Shown: positions 1-7,162 of the stretch, one piece after another | How the letters are laid out: the number at the start of each line of letters is the position of its first letter | Numbering within the stretch: position 1 is the stretch's first letter | Assembly (NCBI GenBank): GCA_029266655.1 | Contig: JAQSWL010000019.1 | Coordinates: 1-32,000, forward strand | Reading direction: 5' to 3' | From: Candidatus Midichloriaceae bacterium | GTDB lineage: Bacteria; Pseudomonadota; Alphaproteobacteria; Rickettsiales; Midichloriaceae | DNA: 32,000 nt | Program-made: the position numbers and the translations under genes | The notes under the pieces: model-generated | What the model saw: the letters and a program-made list of their open reading frames with translations, nothing else | What the model was told of the DNA's origin: nothing | The model's database searches: none

Positions 1-650
1 ATTTTCTCATAAAATCCTTGAGTGTCTTCTTGATAGTAGGGATAGTAGCCATAAGCCAGGTAATTTTGAAAATGTCCAAGCAGCATGGGTATTTTGGAAA
101 GACTACTTGCAATCTGATCAGGATGATTAATTAAATCATCAAAAGAGATTTTTGGCTCGGTCAATCCTTGGTAAAAATTCAAGTACTCACGAAATGAAAG
201 CCCATAAAGTGTATGTAAGGTTGCGCGGCGCGAGAGGTCATAACTTCCTTTGACCAAATCAATACTAGAACTGCCTGAGAACACAACTTTAATCTTCGGG
301 AATGAATCATAAATATTTTTTAACTCTTGATCCCAATTTTGATAACGGTGAATTTCATCAATAAAAAAATAATCGATATTTTCATAGCGATAAAGGTTAG
401 TTATGAACTCAATAAGCCTATTATCCTGAAAATAGATGTTATCTGCTGAAACATAGAAGGCCTTACTACCATTTGGCAGCTTTTGTTTAATAAGTTGCAG
501 CATCAAGGTTGTTTTACCAACCCCACGTGCGCCAACGATTCCTGTAAGTCGACGATTTAGATCAACTTGATCAAAGAGGTAGCGGTGGTTATCAATAACA
601 ACTGTATCAATCAATCCATGATAGATCTCACGTAAAAAATCAATAGTCAA
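1..650 (-). CDS. AAA+ ATPase (AAA_14 / DUF4143-type, COG1373-like), C-terminal part cut by window edge; start codon uncertain
   Basis: My reverse-strand translation is open from about 741 down to position 1. It reads ...RRLTGIVGARGVGKTTLMLQLIKQKLPNGSKAFYVSADNIYFQDNRLIEF...YFFIDEIHRYQNWDQELKNIYDSFPKIKVVFSGSSS.... This gives a Walker A (GARGVGKTT) and a Walker B-like FIDEIH followed by FSGSS. There is no in-frame ATG; the best candidate start is the TTG at 650-648. The ORF track probably omits it because it runs off the window. Confidence 0.7.
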   Translation of the reverse strand, partial: MTIDFLREIYHGLIDTVVIDNHRYLFDQVDLNRRLTGIVGARGVGKTTLMLQLIKQKLPNGSKAFYVSADNIYFQDNRLIEFITNLYRYENIDYFFIDEIHRYQNWDQELKNIYDSFPKIKVVFSGSSSIDLVKGSYDLSRRATLHTLYGLSFREYLNFYQGLTEPKISFDDLINHPDQIASSLSKIPMLLGHFQNYLAYGYYPYYQEDTQGFYEK

Positions 651-820
651 GAATGAATTGATAATTATGCCTTGTGAGGTGTTTGCCAATAAATCATGTA
701 TTAATGACCACGTTAAAATACGTAGCTTAACTCCTGCCGCAAGCTATTAACAAAAACGACTGTTATTGATAGCAGTTATATAAGATGGGAGACTTTTTGT
801 ATAAAAATCCGCGTCATTTG

Positions 821-850
821 TTGACAATGTATGCCTATATAGCATATACT
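821..850 (+). promoter_or_regulatory. Candidate sigma70-type promoter for brnT-brnA
   Basis: TTGACA (821-826), an 18-nt spacer, then TATACT (845-850), about 40 nt upstream of the brnT ATG. Motif match only. Confidence 0.35.
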
Positions 851-888
851 AAACTCATGTGGTGCTATAAAATTAGCTGGTGATCCGG

Positions 889-1176
889 ATGTATAAGTTC
901 AATTATGACTCTGAAAAAGATAAAAAGCTTAAACAAGAAAGAGGTCTTTCTTTCGATGAGATTATTGCTTTAATTGAGTCAGATAAATTACTTGATATAC
1001 TAGAACATCCTAATAAGGAAAACTATCCTGGACAGAAAATATATATTTTAGATGTTGAAGATTATATATGGTTAGTACCATTTGTGAAGAGAGGAGAAGA
1101 GATATATCTCAAAACCGCTTTTCCAAGTAGAAAATATACCAAACAGTATATGGAGGAAAACTATGACAAAGTATGA
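889..1176 (+). CDS. brnT: BrnT-family (DUF497) ribonuclease toxin
   Basis: The ORF reads MYKFNYDSEKDKKLKQERGLSFDEI...IYLKTAFPSRKYTKQY, which matches the DUF497/BrnT pattern (F-x-W/Y-D...K...HG(V/L)SF-E). It is toxin-first and overlaps the downstream antitoxin by 14 nt. The ATG at 889 is preferred over the GTG at 880. Confidence 0.75.
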   Translation: MYKFNYDSEKDKKLKQERGLSFDEIIALIESDKLLDILEHPNKENYPGQKIYILDVEDYIWLVPFVKRGEEIYLKTAFPSRKYTKQYMEENYDKV

Positions 1177-1429
1177 ACTTGATAAGGAAGAACAAGAATT
1201 ATTGAGTCTTTTTAAGCAAGGAAAGCTGAAGCAATCTAAGACTATGGCATCTGATAGAAAGGCTGCTAAAGATGCTGCTATTTTACATATGAGAAAAAAT
1301 GCAAGAATCAATATAAGGTTGTCTCAATTTGATTTGGATAAAATTAAGAGAATAGCGGCAAAAGAAGGGCTGCCTTATCAAACTTTGATATCAAGTGTAT
1401 TGCATAAATATGCAGATAAAAATTTATAA
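1163..1429 (+). CDS. brnA: BrnA-family antitoxin (CopG/RHH-like C-terminus)
   Basis: The C-terminal INIRLSQFDLDKIKRIAAKEGLPYQTLISSVLHKY is the typical BrnA signature. It overlaps brnT. Confidence 0.75.
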   Translation: MTKYELDKEEQELLSLFKQGKLKQSKTMASDRKAAKDAAILHMRKNARINIRLSQFDLDKIKRIAAKEGLPYQTLISSVLHKYADKNL

Positions 1430-1550
1430 ATATTACTTGCAAGAGGACCAGGATCACTCAACATCTGCTATTACCGAAATCCCAAAAACGTTGGAGTGAA
1501 AGAGTAATTTCTGACCGCGCTGTAACACGTATCATATATAACATAAATTG

Positions 1551-1590
1551 TTGCGTATTCCTTAAATTAATTGTACAATGGGACTGTACA
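1551..1590 (+). promoter_or_regulatory. Candidate yefM-yoeB promoter (TTGCGT-17-TACAAT) overlapping two TGTACA operator hexamers
   Basis: The -35 is TTGCGT (1551-1556) and the -10 is TACAAT (1574-1579) with a 17-nt spacer. TGTACA occurs at 1572-1577 and 1585-1590, 13 bp centre to centre. The E. coli yefM-yoeB operator is built from palindromes with a TGTACA core. Confidence 0.45.
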
Positions 1591-1607
1591 TATATAGAAT
1601 TACTGTA

Positions 1608-1871
1608 ATGGAACTAGTTTCTTATTCATATCTGCGTCAACATTTAAGTGAACTACTGGATAAGGTAGTTGATGATTCAGAAGTGCTGCATATAAGGCGT
1701 AAAAATGGCCGAAGAATTGTTGTCATGGAAGAGTCTGAGTATAAGAGCCTTATTGAGACCATTCATGTGTTCAGTACAGAAGCAAATACAAAAAGGATTG
1801 TATCATCACTAGAAGACGCCAAAAAAGGCAAAGGGGTTGAGATTGGCGTACAAGATTATTTTAACTCCTAA
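1608..1871 (+). CDS. yefM: Phd/YefM-family antitoxin
   Basis: MELVSYSYLRQHLSELLDKVVDDSEVLHIRRKNGRRIVVMEESEYKSLIETIHV is a classic YefM/Phd N-terminal domain. The ATG at 1608 is preferred because the track start at 1578 lies inside the putative -10/operator. Confidence 0.8.
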   Translation: MELVSYSYLRQHLSELLDKVVDDSEVLHIRRKNGRRIVVMEESEYKSLIETIHVFSTEANTKRIVSSLEDAKKGKGVEIGVQDYFNS

Positions 1872-2106
1872 TGCTGTAGAAGATCTGGAATTTTGGAAGA
1901 AGCAAGATAAAAGAATTTTTTCCAAAATCGGCAATCTGCTCCAGAGCATAAAGACTTCCCCAACCATTGGGATTGGCAAGCCAGAGCGTTTGCGGTACAA
2001 AAATGAGAACATTTGGTCCAGAAGGATTAATCGCGAGCATAGGCTTGTCTATCTTATAGAGAATCATACAGTATATTTGCTTGAGTGCAGATTCCATTAT
2101 AAATAA
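1837..2106 (+). CDS. yoeB: YoeB/Txe-family mRNA interferase toxin
   Basis: ...EDLEFWKKQDKRIFSKIGNLLQSIKTSPTIGIGKPERLRYKNENIWSRRINREHRLVYLIENHTVYLLECRFHY matches YoeB (WSRRI..EHRLVY...CRYHY). It overlaps the yefM 3' end. The start is non-ATG (TTG at 1837 or 1843) and uncertain. Confidence 0.85.
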   Translation: MRLAYKIILTPNAVEDLEFWKKQDKRIFSKIGNLLQSIKTSPTIGIGKPERLRYKNENIWSRRINREHRLVYLIENHTVYLLECRFHYK

Positions 2107-2162
2107 ATCTAGTTCTATCATATCTTCAGTTCACCTCCCAAAAACGGCCGTTATTAGGACGG
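2041..2162 (+). repeat. Direct repeat copy A (yoeB 3' end plus about 55 nt downstream)
   Basis: Near-identical to 3869-3987: ...tatagagaatcatacagt(a/t)tatttgcttgagtgcagattc(c/t)attataaataaatct(a/g)g(t/c)tctatcatatcttcag(t/c)tca(c/t)ctcccaaaaa.... Confidence 0.85.
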
Positions 2163-2170
2163 TGCAGCCC

Positions 2171-2508
2171 CTAAAAATGAGGTTTAACAGCTACATATTT
2201 ATGTCTTATCACTTTGGGCACTAAGTGGAAGCCTAAGCCTTTGATGATGGACATAGTAGTGGCAAGGCCTGGTTTGGTTTTACCTGTAAGTACCTTATAA
2301 AGGTTTTTCTATCAAGATGCGTCCTGTCAGATAATGCTCTTACACCACCCTGAGCTTCTGTTAAATATCTTAAGGCTAGCATAAAGCTAGTAGTGTTTCC
2401 ATCTTCCTCATATGCAGTTGTTGCTGCGTCAAGAAAAGCTTCGGCTTCTGTTGGGTTTTTAAGCTTTTCAACTAGATAGTCAGTAAATTTCAAATACTTT
2501 CTAGTCAT
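2171..2508 (-). pseudogene. Frameshifted HTH antidote gene (HigA-family, 'addiction module antidote' type)
   Basis: From the ATG at 2508 it reads MTRKYLKFTDYLVEKLKNPTEAEAFLDAATTAYEEDGNTTSFMLALRYLTEAQGGVRALSDRTHLDRKT. The family-typical continuation LYKVLTGKTKPGLATTMSIIKGLGFHLVPK is present only in another frame. The break is at the A5 run (coding strand) at 2304-2308; one extra A would restore the frame through to the stop at 2171-2173. Confidence 0.7.
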
Positions 2509-2617
2509 TTTTAATCTCCTTATAGCTGGTCCAATATCGTATTGCTTTATCAATATCATGCTTTTGAGTTTTCTTATCGCCACCAGTTAATAACGATATT
2601 ATTTGTTGATCTTGAGG
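2501..2617 (-). pseudogene. 5'-truncated RelE/HigB-like 'addiction module killer' remnant
   Basis: Only the C-terminal ...DQQIISLLTGGDKKTQKHDIDKAIRYWTSYKEIKND* remains (typical ..ILLxGGDKxxQ..DI..A pattern). It overlaps the antidote ATG in the usual ATGACTAG arrangement. An in-frame stop lies at 2618-2620, and the Fic gene ends at 2661, so the N-terminal two thirds are missing. Confidence 0.6.
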
Positions 2618-2660
2618 TCACTTATCTACCGATAACAGGTCGGGAAGAAAATGGTGAAAT

Positions 2661-3710
2661 TCATGCGAGCGAATACCAAGTACCTTTTGCTTTGCCACCG
2701 CGTACGAGATACCCGCTCACTACCAACTTGCCTAGATATTTCTTGATGGTGTTGCGGTTGGCCTCAGTCGCGTTCACTATGTCAGCGACGCTAATCTGTC
2801 CATGCTCATGGACAAGGTCGATAATCTTGAGCGAAAGCTCAGGTAGCGATGCTCGCATGATTTTTTCTTTCTCTACCTTCTGCTCCAGCCTGCGTTTCTG
2901 CTTCTGGAGTGATTGGAGAAAGAATAGCAACCAAGGACTCCAGTCCGTATCAGCCAACTTGAAACTCTGCTGGGTACGCCTCAGAGCAAGGTAATAGCTT
3001 TCCTTGTTTTGCTCGATAATGCTCTCCATCGAACTGTACGGGACATAAGTGTAACCGCTTTTAAGGAGCAGTAGGGTAGTGAGGATGCGCGACAGTCTGC
3101 CATTCCCATCCTGAAACGGATGGATAGCGAGAAACACCACAATAAATATAGCAACGATTACCAGTGGATGAATCATTTTTCCCGTGAATGCTTTATTCAC
3201 GAAAGCATAAAGGGCTTCCATTTCTCGCGGCGTGTCAAAGGGTGACGTGGTTTCAAATACCACGCCGATTGATTTGCCATCAACACCTATGGCTTCAACG
3301 CTGTTGGACAATTTCTTATAATCGCCACGGTGACGTTGATCTTTGCTGGAATATTGTAGCAAGATGGAATGCAACTGCTTCAGATAATTCTCGGTAAAGG
3401 GGATGGTTTCATAGGCATTAAAGATGATTTCCATCACGGCAGCATAACCTGCCACTTCTTCTTCATCGCGAGAAGTGAACGACTTACTTTCGAGCCGAGA
3501 GAGTAAGGTTTCCACTTCACGGTCAGAGAGTTTTGAACCTTCAATTCTTGTCGAAGAACCCACGCTTTCAATGGTTGCAACTTTGCGAAGCTGGTTCAAA
3601 CGCTCAGGCGCAATTTTGCCAAGCGCCCGCCATGCACCTTTGAATTCGTCGATTTCACTCATGATCGCGATCATCTCGTGGGTGATCTTGATAGAATCTG
3701 TATCGAACAT
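2661..3710 (-). CDS. Fic-domain protein (putative AMPylase) with N-terminal inhibitory-helix motif and C-terminal winged-helix-like region
   Basis: The Fic active-site motif HPFQDGNGRLSR fits HxFx(D/E)GNGRxxR. The upstream STRIEG matches the (S/T)xxxE(G/N) auto-inhibition motif. The ATG at 3710, preceded by AGGGG, is preferred over the TTG at 3740. Confidence 0.85.
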   Translation of the reverse strand: MFDTDSIKITHEMIAIMSEIDEFKGAWRALGKIAPERLNQLRKVATIESVGSSTRIEGSKLSDREVETLLSRLESKSFTSRDEEEVAGYAAVMEIIFNAYETIPFTENYLKQLHSILLQYSSKDQRHRGDYKKLSNSVEAIGVDGKSIGVVFETTSPFDTPREMEALYAFVNKAFTGKMIHPLVIVAIFIVVFLAIHPFQDGNGRLSRILTTLLLLKSGYTYVPYSSMESIIEQNKESYYLALRRTQQSFKLADTDWSPWLLFFLQSLQKQKRRLEQKVEKEKIMRASLPELSLKIIDLVHEHGQISVADIVNATEANRNTIKKYLGKLVVSGYLVRGGKAKGTWYSLA

Positions 3711-3799
3711 AATAACCCCTGTATCCGTATTTATACCCAATTATATCCATGAATAGTTAAAAATCCACTACGTTATGGATACAATCGAATATTTTTATG

Positions 3800-3930
3800 G
3801 CTATCAACCCCTTCAAGGACAACTATGCTCGTTTCGCTTACATCATTGGCCCATGGAATAGAGAGTTTAGGCTCTGGTTATAGAGAATCATACAGTTTAT
3901 TTGCTTGAGTGCAGATTCTATTATAAATAA
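3800..3930 (+). pseudogene. Decayed YoeB/RelE-superfamily toxin fragment
   Basis: 3869-3930 is near-identical to the yoeB 3' end but carries a 4-nt deletion and in-frame stops. Upstream there are only degenerate traces (..GPWNREFRL.. versus WSRRINREHRL). No antitoxin partner is present. Confidence 0.5.
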
Positions 3931-3987
3931 ATCTGGCTCTATCATATCTTCAGCTCATCTCCCAAAAAGGACTATTATTGGTAGGGA
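3869..3987 (+). repeat. Direct repeat copy B (see 2041-2162)
   Basis: Aligned by eye against 2041-2162; only a few substitutions and one 4-nt indel. Confidence 0.85.
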
Positions 3988-3989
3988 AA

Positions 3990-4373
3990 TTATGAATGCT
4001 TAGAATGATTCAAAGTATACTCGGATGCTAAAACATCATATGGTATTCTTAATTTGTTATGTAACTTTCTTATCATCGCTAAGTTTAATTTTCTCTTTTT
4101 ATTAAGCACCTCAGACACTCTGCTTCTAGTACCTAAAACCGAAATTAAATCTTTAGATTGCAAATTTTGCTGCTCCATAACAAATTTTATGGCCTCAATT
4201 GGATCTGGCTCATCTATTTTAAAATGCAGTTCTTCATACTTCTCAACTAATGTAACAAGTATATCAAGATAGTCTCCATCATCAGAATCTTGAGATGCAT
4301 CCCATAGTTGATCTATCATAGACAAAGCATCTTTATAATCTTGCTCACTTTTTAGCGGTTTTATATTAAACAT
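3990..4373 (-). CDS. higA: HigA-type antitoxin (XRE-family HTH, E. coli HigA-like)
   Basis: The N-terminal half is acidic. The C-terminal HTH reads QSKDLISVLGTRSRVSEVLNKKRKLNLAMIRKLHNKLRIP. It sits 12 nt downstream of higB in the toxin-first order typical of higBA. Confidence 0.75.
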   Translation of the reverse strand: MFNIKPLKSEQDYKDALSMIDQLWDASQDSDDGDYLDILVTLVEKYEELHFKIDEPDPIEAIKFVMEQQNLQSKDLISVLGTRSRVSEVLNKKRKLNLAMIRKLHNKLRIPYDVLASEYTLNHSKHS

Positions 4374-4385
4374 ATTTCTTCTCCT

Positions 4386-4679
4386 CTAAATATTAGCAGC
4401 ATCTATTTTGTCATATTCTTTATGCGTTCCTATAAAACGTATATAACAAACTTTACGAATATAGTGTACCTTAACAATTAGCCTATAATGATTGCCCTTA
4501 ATATTAAAAACAATACGATCATTTGGCAAAATATCTGCAGACCTAAAAAACTCTTTCACATCGTTAGGCTTATCCCATTCCATTTTTTTAACTTCATGGT
4601 ACCAAGTCTTAAGAGATTGTTCGCAATCTGGATACTTATACCAAAATGATTTAAGTGTACTGATTGCTATGATTCTCAT
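4386..4679 (-). CDS. higB: HigB-family mRNA interferase toxin
   Basis: MRIIAISTLKSFWYKYPDCEQSLKTWYHEVKK..W..PNDVKEFF...FNIKGNHYRLIVKVHYIRKVCYIRFIGTHKEYDKI closely parallels E. coli HigB (..FNVGGNELRVVAMV...CYIREVMTHKEYD). Confidence 0.8.
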   Translation of the reverse strand: MRIIAISTLKSFWYKYPDCEQSLKTWYHEVKKMEWDKPNDVKEFFRSADILPNDRIVFNIKGNHYRLIVKVHYIRKVCYIRFIGTHKEYDKIDAANI

Positions 4680-4968
4680 AATATTGAAGCCAAATTACCC
4701 AACTACAATTATAATGTATTCCCAATTTGGGAGCAAGCTTTATTTCTTCTATATGTAAAATCAAAAACGTTCGTTTTTGGTACTATATTTGGCTAAGGGC
4801 AAAAATCACCCCTTTTTAGTAAAAAGCACTCTTTAAACTTATCTCATTATCATAATATTATAATGCCTTTATTTATTGGACTTATAAGACTACTTAGTAA
4901 TATATTGCTTTCATGTATTATGATAATATGTTACATTAAGTAATAAATATAGATATTGGCAATATACT

Positions 4969-5241
4969 ATGAATGATTTAAGAACACATATTGACACACA
5001 AGGTAAGGTTTTAATTCCTGCAAAACTTCGCAAGATAATGAAATTTAAACCACATGACACATTAATACTTAGATACATTAATGAGCAATTGGTAATACTT
5101 AAACAAACTGATGTTATACAGCAAATCCAAGCAGATTTTAAAAGTCGGTCAGATTCTTCAAAATCTGCAGTTGATGAATTTTTAGAGATGCGGCAATCAG
5201 AGAGAGATTTAGAAAAGGTGAGGGATAATGACACAGTATAG
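4969..5241 (+). CDS. vapB: AbrB/SpoVT-fold antitoxin (VapB-like), copy 1
   Basis: THIDTQGKVLIPAKLRKIMKFKPHDTLILRY is a SpoVT/AbrB swapped-hairpin motif. It overlaps the downstream PIN gene by 14 nt. Confidence 0.75.
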   Translation: MNDLRTHIDTQGKVLIPAKLRKIMKFKPHDTLILRYINEQLVILKQTDVIQQIQADFKSRSDSSKSAVDEFLEMRQSERDLEKVRDNDTV

Positions 5242-5626
5242 AAAAGTAATACTGGATGCTTCTGCACTCATTGCTTTGCTAAATGGTGAGATAGGATCAA
5301 CGATGGTGGAAGAGGTAATAAGCAATTCCATAATGTCCGCTGTGAATGCCTCTGAAGTAGCTAAGTTCTTAATTGACCGTAGAGGCTATAGCCAGCAAGA
5401 AGCACAAGATGTAATAGAGAAGTTGGTAAGTGATATTATGGCTTTCAGTGGTGAGCAGGCATATGTCGCAGCAAGTATATACACTGAGACCAAGTCATTC
5501 GGCTTATCAATGGGAGACAGAGCATGCTTAGCGCTTTCTAAAGTAACTAGCTATCCTATCTACACCGCAGATAAAATCTGGGATAAGGTGCAGTTACCAG
5601 ATATCAATGTTAAGCTCATAAGGTAA
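5228..5626 (+). CDS. vapC: PIN-domain toxin VapC, copy 1
   Basis: ILDASALIALLNGE...SAVNASEV...GLSMGDRACLALS...IYTADKIW contains the conserved PIN acidic residues (D near the N-terminus, E, D, D). Confidence 0.8.
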   Translation: MTQYRKVILDASALIALLNGEIGSTMVEEVISNSIMSAVNASEVAKFLIDRRGYSQQEAQDVIEKLVSDIMAFSGEQAYVAASIYTETKSFGLSMGDRACLALSKVTSYPIYTADKIWDKVQLPDINVKLIR

Positions 5627-5627
5627 T

Positions 5628-5663
5628 ATGCTGGTAGGATATGCTAAGATTTCTTTGACTAAG
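5628..5663 (+). pseudogene. Relic of a serine-recombinase 5' end
   Basis: The ATG at 5628 lies 1 nt after the vapC stop, exactly as at 8253. It encodes MLVGYAKISLTK versus MLVGYARVSTTD at 8253. The 27 nt at 5618-5644 are identical to 8243-8269, after which similarity decays and the gene is lost. Confidence 0.65.
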
Positions 5664-5668
5664 GTGTT

Positions 5669-5700
5669 GGATGCTTGGTTAGCACAAAAACCCAGCATCT
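5669..5700. terminator. Weak hairpin between convergent vapC and ATPase genes
   Basis: GATGCTTGG (5670-5678) pairs with CCCAGCATC (5691-5699) with one mismatch and a 12-nt loop. There is no strong U-tract, so confidence is low. Confidence 0.25.
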
Positions 5701-5709
5701 TAACTTTTA

Positions 5710-7131
5710 TTACATAAAATCAGAAGCATCGATTATGGATGCAAAATAATCAGATTCTATGACATCATCTGTAACGCCATTAATGTGAATTAATACAGGG
5801 CGGCAAGAATATCCTCGCTTATATGCAAGTCTTTCAATTTTGCTTTGCATTTCTTGAATAATTGATCCATCAATTTTGTTTTTAGAGAATTTAATCTCAC
5901 AAATATAAAGTGTGCCAAATTTCACTTGGATCATATAATCAATTTGGCAGCCTGGAGAATTATATGTCTTTTTTTGGAAATATGGGTTTTCCACAACAAT
6001 ATCTTCGGGATGTAGATTAAGAGCTTTATGTATAGATTTTCTATTATTCAGAATCAGGTTTTCAAACTGGTACCCCATAATACCATACCATCCAGTTAAA
6101 GCAGTAAGAGGCTTGAAGCGATAGTTATCTCTGGCTATCTTAGTGCGGTTAATATCTATGTATTTCATATAAAATCCCAGATAGTTATCGCTTAAGCGAT
6201 ACTTGCTAAGTTTTGAGTCAACACCAGATTCTATTTTCCAAGTATAGTCTCGCTTAATAAAGCCAGCCAATTGCAATTCATGTAAATATTCTGAAATTCG
6301 TCCATTAGGTTCAATATTGAGAGTTTCGCATATTTCATGTCTTTCTTTTGATCCAGATTCAAGGGCAATAATGATTTTTTTATAAAAATGACTCTCTCGC
6401 AAAAATAAGTCTGAGAATATTTGGTTAAATTCCTCAACTAAGAACCCTCCCTTTGTAAAACAAAGTTGTTTTACATTTTCTTCAGCGGATAACTTTGGAT
6501 TTATTTCCTCTAAATATTTAGGAATCCCTCCAGTTATAGAAAGTACTTTAAATTTCTCATATGCTGAAACATTCTTGGGCCAAAAAGAGCTGCAATCTGA
6601 TAATGGAAGTTCTTCTAGGGTTAACGTATATGATATGCGCCCTACAAATCCCGTACTTCCTAGAATATTTTTTTCAATCCAAGCTGAGGCAGACCCACAA
6701 ACAACAAAGACGAGTTTGTCATTTTTTTTTAAGTACAGGTCCCATAAGTTTTTAATCTTACCAAGAAAGGTTGGATCCTTCGATCCCATCCAAGAGATTT
6801 CATCAAATAGAATTAAGATCTTACCTGAACGCACGCGCTCTCCAAGCGCCCAAAAGGCATCACTCCAATCATTGTAGAGAGCTATAGGTGCCTTGAATTG
6901 GCGAGCCATTTGGCGGCAAAATTCCTGCAATTGATCCGATTTTGTCACATCTTTTTCTGGAGGTAATCCTGTAAAAACAAAGAACTCAGAAAACTGTTTA
7001 CCAAACTCTTCTATCAACCTGCTTTTCCCAATACGCCGCCTTCCTCTTACAACTATAAAAGAAGCAGTTTTTTTTACAGCCTCAGCTGAAAGTTTACTCA
7101 ATTCATCTTGTCTTCCTATAAATTTTGACAT
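5710..7131 (-). CDS. AAA+ ATPase of the Arch_ATPase/ATPase_2 + DUF234 type, copy 1
   Basis: The N-terminus reads FIGRQDEL...VVRGRRRIGKSRLIEEF (P-loop variant GRRRIGKS). ILFDEISW is a Walker B, followed by VVCGSASAW and SITGGIPKYLEEI. The C-terminus FENLILNN...GCQIDYMIQ...LYICEIKFS looks like an E...D...ExK nuclease-fold motif. Confidence 0.8.
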   Translation of the reverse strand: MSKFIGRQDELSKLSAEAVKKTASFIVVRGRRRIGKSRLIEEFGKQFSEFFVFTGLPPEKDVTKSDQLQEFCRQMARQFKAPIALYNDWSDAFWALGERVRSGKILILFDEISWMGSKDPTFLGKIKNLWDLYLKKNDKLVFVVCGSASAWIEKNILGSTGFVGRISYTLTLEELPLSDCSSFWPKNVSAYEKFKVLSITGGIPKYLEEINPKLSAEENVKQLCFTKGGFLVEEFNQIFSDLFLRESHFYKKIIIALESGSKERHEICETLNIEPNGRISEYLHELQLAGFIKRDYTWKIESGVDSKLSKYRLSDNYLGFYMKYIDINRTKIARDNYRFKPLTALTGWYGIMGYQFENLILNNRKSIHKALNLHPEDIVVENPYFQKKTYNSPGCQIDYMIQVKFGTLYICEIKFSKNKIDGSIIQEMQSKIERLAYKRGYSCRPVLIHINGVTDDVIESDYFASIIDASDFM

Positions 7132-7162
7132 AGCTTATAGATCCTCAAATCTTTATTTTTAT

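Noticed and set aside
1578..1607. Longer yefM ORF starting at the ATG at 1578 (MGLYIYRITV...)
   Set aside because: The extension overlaps the predicted -10 and TGTACA operators, and YefM homologues begin at the M-x-x-(V/I)-S motif encoded from 1608.
2542..3756. Plus-strand ORFs 2542-2994, 3188-3397 and 3475-3756
   Set aside because: They are antisense to the well-supported Fic gene, have no recognisable motifs, and are Ser/Leu/Arg-rich as expected for shadow frames.
4762..4779. Palindrome CAAAAACGTTCGTTTTTG considered as a rho-independent terminator
   Set aside because: The stem is A/T-rich with essentially no loop, and it lies upstream of both divergent operons (higBA and vapBC) rather than downstream of one. 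It is reported only as an instance of the junction motif.
751..4780. Junction motifs considered as integron attC sites, making the TA genes integron cassettes
   Set aside because: There is no GTTRRRY core or paired R/L boxes, cassettes face both directions, and no intI-like integrase lies in the window. I kept it only as an unexplained recurrent motif.
4911..5267. Minus-strand 118-aa ORF overlapping vapB copy 1
   Set aside because: It is antisense to a well-supported vapBC pair, has no motif, and its composition is typical of a shadow ORF.
6561..6877. Plus-strand ORFs within ATPase copy 1 (and likewise 10103-10570 within copy 2)
   Set aside because: They are antisense to conserved ATPase genes. 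Their mutual similarity simply reflects the paralogy of the genes on the other strand.
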